From: Bacteroidales bacterium
Lineage (GTDB): Bacteria > Bacteroidota > Bacteroidia > Bacteroidales > CAIWKO01
Direction: 5' to 3'
Assembly: GCA_035389045.1 (NCBI GenBank)
Contig: DAOORA010000019.1
Span: 1 to 64,000 of the forward strand
DNA: 64,000 nucleotides
Below, in pieces: positions 59,294 to 64,000 of this stretch (position 1 is its first letter; every line of letters starts with the position of its first letter). A program made the translations under genes and the position numbers. The notes under the pieces are model-generated. The model was given only the letters and a program-made list of their open reading frames with translations, had not been told where the DNA came from and ran no database searches.

Positions 59294-60034
59294 ATGAAAC
59301 GCTTAATATATTTATTGGTTCTGGTAATATTTGTTTCGGGGTGCAGGGTTTTTACTCCTTATCAGATGCTGCGGCAGGGAGATTATCCTGTTTCAGAATT
59401 CCCCGACTCCTTAAAAACCCGGGAGTATATCATTGCCCCCAATGATGAGCTTCAGATAAATCTCTTCACCAAAAATGGGGAACAGATCATTGACCCGCTG
59501 CGTTCAACGAGTGCCAGCAGTGGCGCCGATATAAAATATACCGTTGAATTTGACGGGCAGATAAAACTGCCGATCCTTAACAGAAAACAAATAGCCGGGA
59601 ATACTATCCGTGAAGCGGAAAAATTGCTGGAAGACTTATATACCCCTTATTTCAACGAACCTTTTGTGCAGATTAAAGTTACCAATAACCGGGTTACCAT
59701 CTTTCCCGGCGGGCAGGGCAGTCAGGCAACGGTACTCACGCTGGATAATTCTAATACTACTCTTTTTGAAGCCCTGGCCAAAGCTGGCGGAATTACAGAT
59801 GGCAAAGCCCATAAAATCAAACTTATTAGAGGAGACCTGAAAAATCCTCAGGTTTATTTTATTGATCTCTCTACTATCGAAGGAATGACAAAGGCCAATC
59901 TTATATTACAGGCCAACGATATTATTTATGTTCAGCCACGCAACAAAATACCTCAGAAGATATTGGAAAATGTTGCTCCGTATTTGTCTTTGTTTGCAAC
60001 CTTTTTAACAATTTATGCACTTTTCGTAAAATAA
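59294..60034 (+). CDS. wza: polysaccharide export lipoprotein (Wza/OPX)
   Basis: Lipobox VSG-C, YIIAPNDEL, DGQIKLP, TLFEALAKAGG, LQANDIIYV; TAAATTTG at 59273. Confidence 0.85.
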   Translation: MKRLIYLLVLVIFVSGCRVFTPYQMLRQGDYPVSEFPDSLKTREYIIAPNDELQINLFTKNGEQIIDPLRSTSASSGADIKYTVEFDGQIKLPILNRKQIAGNTIREAEKLLEDLYTPYFNEPFVQIKVTNNRVTIFPGGQGSQATVLTLDNSNTTLFEALAKAGGITDGKAHKIKLIRGDLKNPQVYFIDLSTIEGMTKANLILQANDIIYVQPRNKIPQKILENVAPYLSLFATFLTIYALFVK

Positions 60035-60038
60035 AACA

Positions 60039-62537
60039 ATGGATAGAAAGAAAAAAATATCTCTGATAAATGATGAGATTGATTTAAAATTATTCTTTTA
60101 TATTTTTAAAAAAAACTTTTATTATCCTTTGATTTTTGTGTTACTTGCCCTGATAGGTGCATTCCTGTATATACGATATACCCTCCCGGTTTACGAATCA
60201 AAAAGCATTATTCAGATTGATAGAAATGAAGAAGCACGTAGTCTGTTTGCCAATCCTTTGATGCAAACGGATGAAGATAACTTCCTGACAAAAAAGATGG
60301 AAATTATCAAATCCTACACTTTTATTCAACGGATTGCTAATAAACTACCGCTTGCTGTTTCTTATTTCAGCAAAGGAACAGTACTTGATTATGAACATTA
60401 TAGAAATTCTCCTTTTAATGTTAGTATCAAAGTGAAGAATTCTGCTATATATGGTGTTCCGATAAATGTAAGTTTTTCCGACAACTCAAAAATTGCTATC
60501 TCCTACAAGCTGGATGGGTTACCTGAACAACAAAAGCTAATCAACATAAATGAGCAGGCTGTTTTGCCGGATTTCGACATTACTTTCGTTTCTGTCAATT
60601 ATAAACGTATCAAAGAAAAAGAGGATTTTCTCGCTGGAGATAAATATTTTTTTGTAGTCAACAACCCTCAGAGTATTGTTCCCGGAATAATATCAAAACT
60701 CCAGGTAAATATTCTCAATCAGGCTGCAAATACCATTCTTATTCAGTACAATGATAATTGTGCAGAGAAGGCAACCGACATAGTCAACACCATTGCCGAA
60801 GAATTTCAGAGCTACGACATCGAAAAACAGGCACAGAGCGCTGATAAAATGTTGAAGTATATTGATGACAGGATGGGAATCATTTATGATACTCTTGTAA
60901 AATCACAGAGTGATATTATAGGCTTCATGAGGGCCAACAATATTGATTCATCCGACAATAAACCCTTGCCATCCCTGACTTCTAGACTCAATGATTATCA
61001 AAACCAGATCGTGACTCTTGAACTGGAATCCAACAAGTTGCAGGAAATAGAAAATAATATCAAAGCCTCCGATAAATCTGATCTTACCCGGCTGATCGTG
61101 CTGACAGCTGGCAGTGAATTCAAAGGTTCCATATCCGGTATGCTCAACACCCTTCAGGATCTGATTATCAGCCGTGAAAAATTATTGTATAACCTTACCG
61201 AAAACAGCGGACAAATAAAAGAACTGGATTATCAGATCGGCGTGCAGAAAAAACTTATTATTGAAAGTATTAAATATCTGAATGATAATATTACTGATCG
61301 CAAGAAAGAAATAACTGAAAAAATTGATTTGTATGAAAATATGTTGCAGGTAAAAGACCAAAACTATAATTCAGTGGATTTGGCAAGCCTGCAGAGGATT
61401 TATTCCATTAATGAACGATACTATACTCAGTTGGTTGATAAAAAAGCAGAGTATTCCCTGGCTAAAGCAGGTTATGTGTCGCAGAATACCATCTTACAAC
61501 GGTCGGCGGTTGCTACTGAACCAATTTCTCCCCAAAAAAACAATGTATACTTATTCTCAGTATTGGTTTCTTTGTTATTGGGTTTAATAATCATTATTGC
61601 AAAGTATGTTGTGTTTGATAATATATTAAATCTTAATGATATTGTTAAACATACAGATATTCCGATTATCGGGCTGGTTCCCAAGTATGAATTAAAAATC
61701 CCTGTTTCTCAACTCATTGTTGATGACCATCCCAGATCCATTGTTGCTGAAGCATTACGTTCCATTCGAACCAATCTGCAGTTTCTGAACAATGAACCGG
61801 GCTCAAAAATTGTCGCTCTTTCATCTACGGTTTCCGGCGAGGGAAAAACATTTGTGGCTATTAATCTTGCCGGTGTTATTGCTTTTTCTAACAAGAAAGT
61901 GCTGGTGATAGACATGGATTTGCGAAAGCCTAAAATCCATATAGGCTTTGGTGTGGGTAACAACAAGGGAATGAGTACGATCCTCTCAAAAAAAACCGAT
62001 ATAAATAATTGTATCAACCATAGTTCTGTTGAAAACCTCGATTTTATCACTGCCGGACCGGTTCCTCCCAATCCTTCCGAATTGATATTCAGCCAGGAAA
62101 CAGATACTATCCTGGCCTTTCTTAAGACGAAATATGATTTCATTATTATTGATACTCCGCCGGTCGGCATGGTCACCGACGGAATTAAAGCAATGTCCGT
62201 TGCGGATTATCCCCTTTATATTATCAAGGCAAATTATTCAAAAAGGTATTATATTCTCGATCTTGAACGCATGGTGGAAGACAGCAAACTGAAACATATA
62301 TCAATAATTTTAAATGCTGCTATACCGTTGAGCATGGCATACCGGTACGGAAAAAAATATCATGGGATCAACAAAAGTTTCAGTTACGGCTATGGCTATG
62401 GATATGGTTATGGTTACGGTTATGGATATAACATTGATGAAGAGGATGATGGATCCGGTGATAGAAAAAACGGTCAAAAAGTTAAGAGGTCTTTTATTGG
62501 TAAAATTCTTGGTTTTTTTAGATTAAACAGTAAATAA
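60039..62537 (+). CDS. wzc: polysaccharide co-polymerase / BY-kinase (Wzc)
   Basis: Two TMs, EALRSIRTNL, Walker A SGEGKT, IDMDLRKP, IDTPP, C-terminal YGYG Tyr cluster. Confidence 0.92.
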   Translation: MDRKKKISLINDEIDLKLFFYIFKKNFYYPLIFVLLALIGAFLYIRYTLPVYESKSIIQIDRNEEARSLFANPLMQTDEDNFLTKKMEIIKSYTFIQRIANKLPLAVSYFSKGTVLDYEHYRNSPFNVSIKVKNSAIYGVPINVSFSDNSKIAISYKLDGLPEQQKLININEQAVLPDFDITFVSVNYKRIKEKEDFLAGDKYFFVVNNPQSIVPGIISKLQVNILNQAANTILIQYNDNCAEKATDIVNTIAEEFQSYDIEKQAQSADKMLKYIDDRMGIIYDTLVKSQSDIIGFMRANNIDSSDNKPLPSLTSRLNDYQNQIVTLELESNKLQEIENNIKASDKSDLTRLIVLTAGSEFKGSISGMLNTLQDLIISREKLLYNLTENSGQIKELDYQIGVQKKLIIESIKYLNDNITDRKKEITEKIDLYENMLQVKDQNYNSVDLASLQRIYSINERYYTQLVDKKAEYSLAKAGYVSQNTILQRSAVATEPISPQKNNVYLFSVLVSLLLGLIIIIAKYVVFDNILNLNDIVKHTDIPIIGLVPKYELKIPVSQLIVDDHPRSIVAEALRSIRTNLQFLNNEPGSKIVALSSTVSGEGKTFVAINLAGVIAFSNKKVLVIDMDLRKPKIHIGFGVGNNKGMSTILSKKTDINNCINHSSVENLDFITAGPVPPNPSELIFSQETDTILAFLKTKYDFIIIDTPPVGMVTDGIKAMSVADYPLYIIKANYSKRYYILDLERMVEDSKLKHISIILNAAIPLSMAYRYGKKYHGINKSFSYGYGYGYGYGYGYGYNIDEEDDGSGDRKNGQKVKRSFIGKILGFFRLNSK

Positions 62538-63088
62538 TGAAAAAAATACCGACAGCAATACCTGATGTTTTCGTTATAGAACCCGATGTTTTTGAAGATA
62601 ACAGAGGCTATTTTTTTGAAACCTATAATCAGCAGAAATATGCTGAACTTGGACTAAATGATAAATTTGTACAGGATAATGAATCGTTGTCTGCAAAAAA
62701 TGTACTTCGCGGACTGCATTTTCAGAAACCACCCTACGAGCAGGGTAAACTGGTAAGGGTGATTAGGGGAGGCGTTCTTGATGTTGCGGTGGATATACGG
62801 AAAAATTCTCCGTTTTTTGGTAAATGGGTTTCACAGGAACTTACTGAGCAAAATAAATTGCTGATGTGGATACCACCGGGTTTTGCTCATGGCTTCGTCA
62901 CGCTTTTTGATTGCACTGTTTTTTCTTATAAATGTACCGGCTTTTATAACCATGCTTCGGAACAGGTTCTGCTCTGGAACGATACAGATATTGGTGTCAA
63001 CTGGATGATTAATAACCCTGTCTTGTCTGAACGGGATAAATCAGGAATGCCTTTGAATAAATTTTGTACTCCATTCATTTACAAGTAA
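62537..63088 (+). CDS. rfbC: dTDP-4-dehydrorhamnose 3,5-epimerase
   Basis: DNRGYFFETY, FVQDNES, LRGLHFQ, DVAVDIR, GFAHGF, YKC. Confidence 0.95.
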   Translation: MKKIPTAIPDVFVIEPDVFEDNRGYFFETYNQQKYAELGLNDKFVQDNESLSAKNVLRGLHFQKPPYEQGKLVRVIRGGVLDVAVDIRKNSPFFGKWVSQELTEQNKLLMWIPPGFAHGFVTLFDCTVFSYKCTGFYNHASEQVLLWNDTDIGVNWMINNPVLSERDKSGMPLNKFCTPFIYK

Positions 63089-63124
63089 ATTATTTAGTAC
63101 TTTTGCGGGCTAAAATTTTTTAAT

Positions 63125-64000
63125 GTGGAAAAAGAAGAAATATATTCATTGATAGCCTATTTTTCTTTTTTTATTGTTTCGTTTTTTTTTGCTATCCTTA
63201 TCAACCGCATATTGGTTACTTTTTCCAGAAATTTAGGGGCAAGAAGCGATGCCGATAATCAGATCCGGTGGAATACCAGAGCAAAGCCTTCTTTCGGAGG
63301 CATGTCTTTTTATATTATTTTTTTACTTTCAGTAACGGCACTGGCTTTTTTTTTCCAGGAAAACAGTTTGTTCCATAACTATAAATTGCTTGGAATAATA
63401 AGCGCCACCACGCTGGGATTTGTGATGGGGCTATTTGACGATGCATATAATACAAGGGTATATATTAAACTAATTTCCCAGATTTTATGTGGTGTCATTT
63501 TAATTTATACAGATACATATATTTCTTTATTTGAAAATGACTACCTGAATTATGTTTTCACTGTTCTTTGGGTAGTTGGTATCATGAATTCAATTAATAT
63601 GCTGGACAATATGGATGCAATTTCGACCCTGGTAGCCATCTTTATTTTTTCAGGCATTTTTATTGAAAATATGCTTTCCGGTGGCCTCGGAAATAATATT
63701 AATATTATTATTATCGGCATTTATTCTGCTCTGGTAGGTTTCTTATTTTTTAACTGGCCGCCATCAAAAATGTACATGGGCGACACCGGAAGTCAGTTTT
63801 TAGGAGTTCTTCTGGCTGCGTTCGGCATTGTTTTTATTTGGAATTATAAGGAAAGTGACCTTAATGAAATACCAACCAAACAAGTATGTGCGGTTATTCT
63901 TTTCTTTGCTTTGCCAATCATTGATACAACTACCGTTTCCATAAAACGGATTCTCAGAGGCAAATCACCGTTCATCGGCGGTAAGGATCATACCACACAT
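63125..64000 (+). CDS. MraY/WecA-family undecaprenyl-phosphate sugar-1-phosphate transferase (partial; runs off window; not in ORF track)
   Basis: Manual translation from GTG 63125: KPSFGG, GLFDD, NSINMLDNMD, FNWPPSKMYMGDTGSQFLG, KSPFIGGKDHTTH; TACTTTTG at 63098. Confidence 0.88.
   Translation, partial: MEKEEIYSLIAYFSFFIVSFFFAILINRILVTFSRNLGARSDADNQIRWNTRAKPSFGGMSFYIIFLLSVTALAFFFQENSLFHNYKLLGIISATTLGFVMGLFDDAYNTRVYIKLISQILCGVILIYTDTYISLFENDYLNYVFTVLWVVGIMNSINMLDNMDAISTLVAIFIFSGIFIENMLSGGLGNNINIIIIGIYSALVGFLFFNWPPSKMYMGDTGSQFLGVLLAAFGIVFIWNYKESDLNEIPTKQVCAVILFFALPIIDTTTVSIKRILRGKSPFIGGKDHTTH

Noticed and set aside
389..62176. Numerous antisense or overlapping short ORFs in the six-frame track
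   Set aside because: They lie opposite or within well-supported genes and show no family motifs
62380..62430. tatggc/tatggt hexamer repeat in wzc
   Set aside because: Encodes the normal YG tyrosine cluster of BY-kinases

Overview
64 kb of a Bacteroidota chromosome, probably a metagenome scaffold from an anaerobe, with one 100-N gap at 8448-8547. The assignment rests on TAnnTTTG -7 promoter motifs, T9SS C-terminal domains, DUF2723 and TonB/TBDR genes. The window holds: housekeeping genes (rsmG, pheT, valS, pepT, trxA, dnaE, efp, lpxD-like, lpdA); a molybdenum-cofactor cluster (moeA, short moaA, NRAMP, moaC, MOSC-MogA fusion) with no moaD/moaE; two T9SS cargo proteins; cell-envelope enzymes; and the start of a Wza/Wzc polysaccharide locus (asnB, GT4, wza, wzc, rfbC, wecA-like). 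The best candidate for an undescribed system is a tightly packed five-gene run at 49805-54635: an HTH-only ModE-type regulator, a TiaS-kinase-domain-only protein, a solitary ECF S-component-like membrane protein, a surface lipoprotein and a TonB-dependent receptor. It looks like a cofactor or small-molecule scavenging and activation module, possibly Mo/W-related; the substrate is inference only. The intergenic DNA also has unusual structure. moaA and the NRAMP gene are each followed by a displaced, diverged, in-frame copy of their own 3' end. A ~200-bp nested palindromic element occurs twice, with its internal 26-bp cassette in opposite orientations and a MITE inserted in one copy. There are also 7-mer/8-mer tandem arrays, an identical 55-bp dispersed repeat, a frameshifted rhuM remnant and a 23-bp tandem duplication over the dnaE start. 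No rRNA, tRNA, CRISPR array or intact transposase was seen. All family calls come from motif recognition by eye; no database searches were run.
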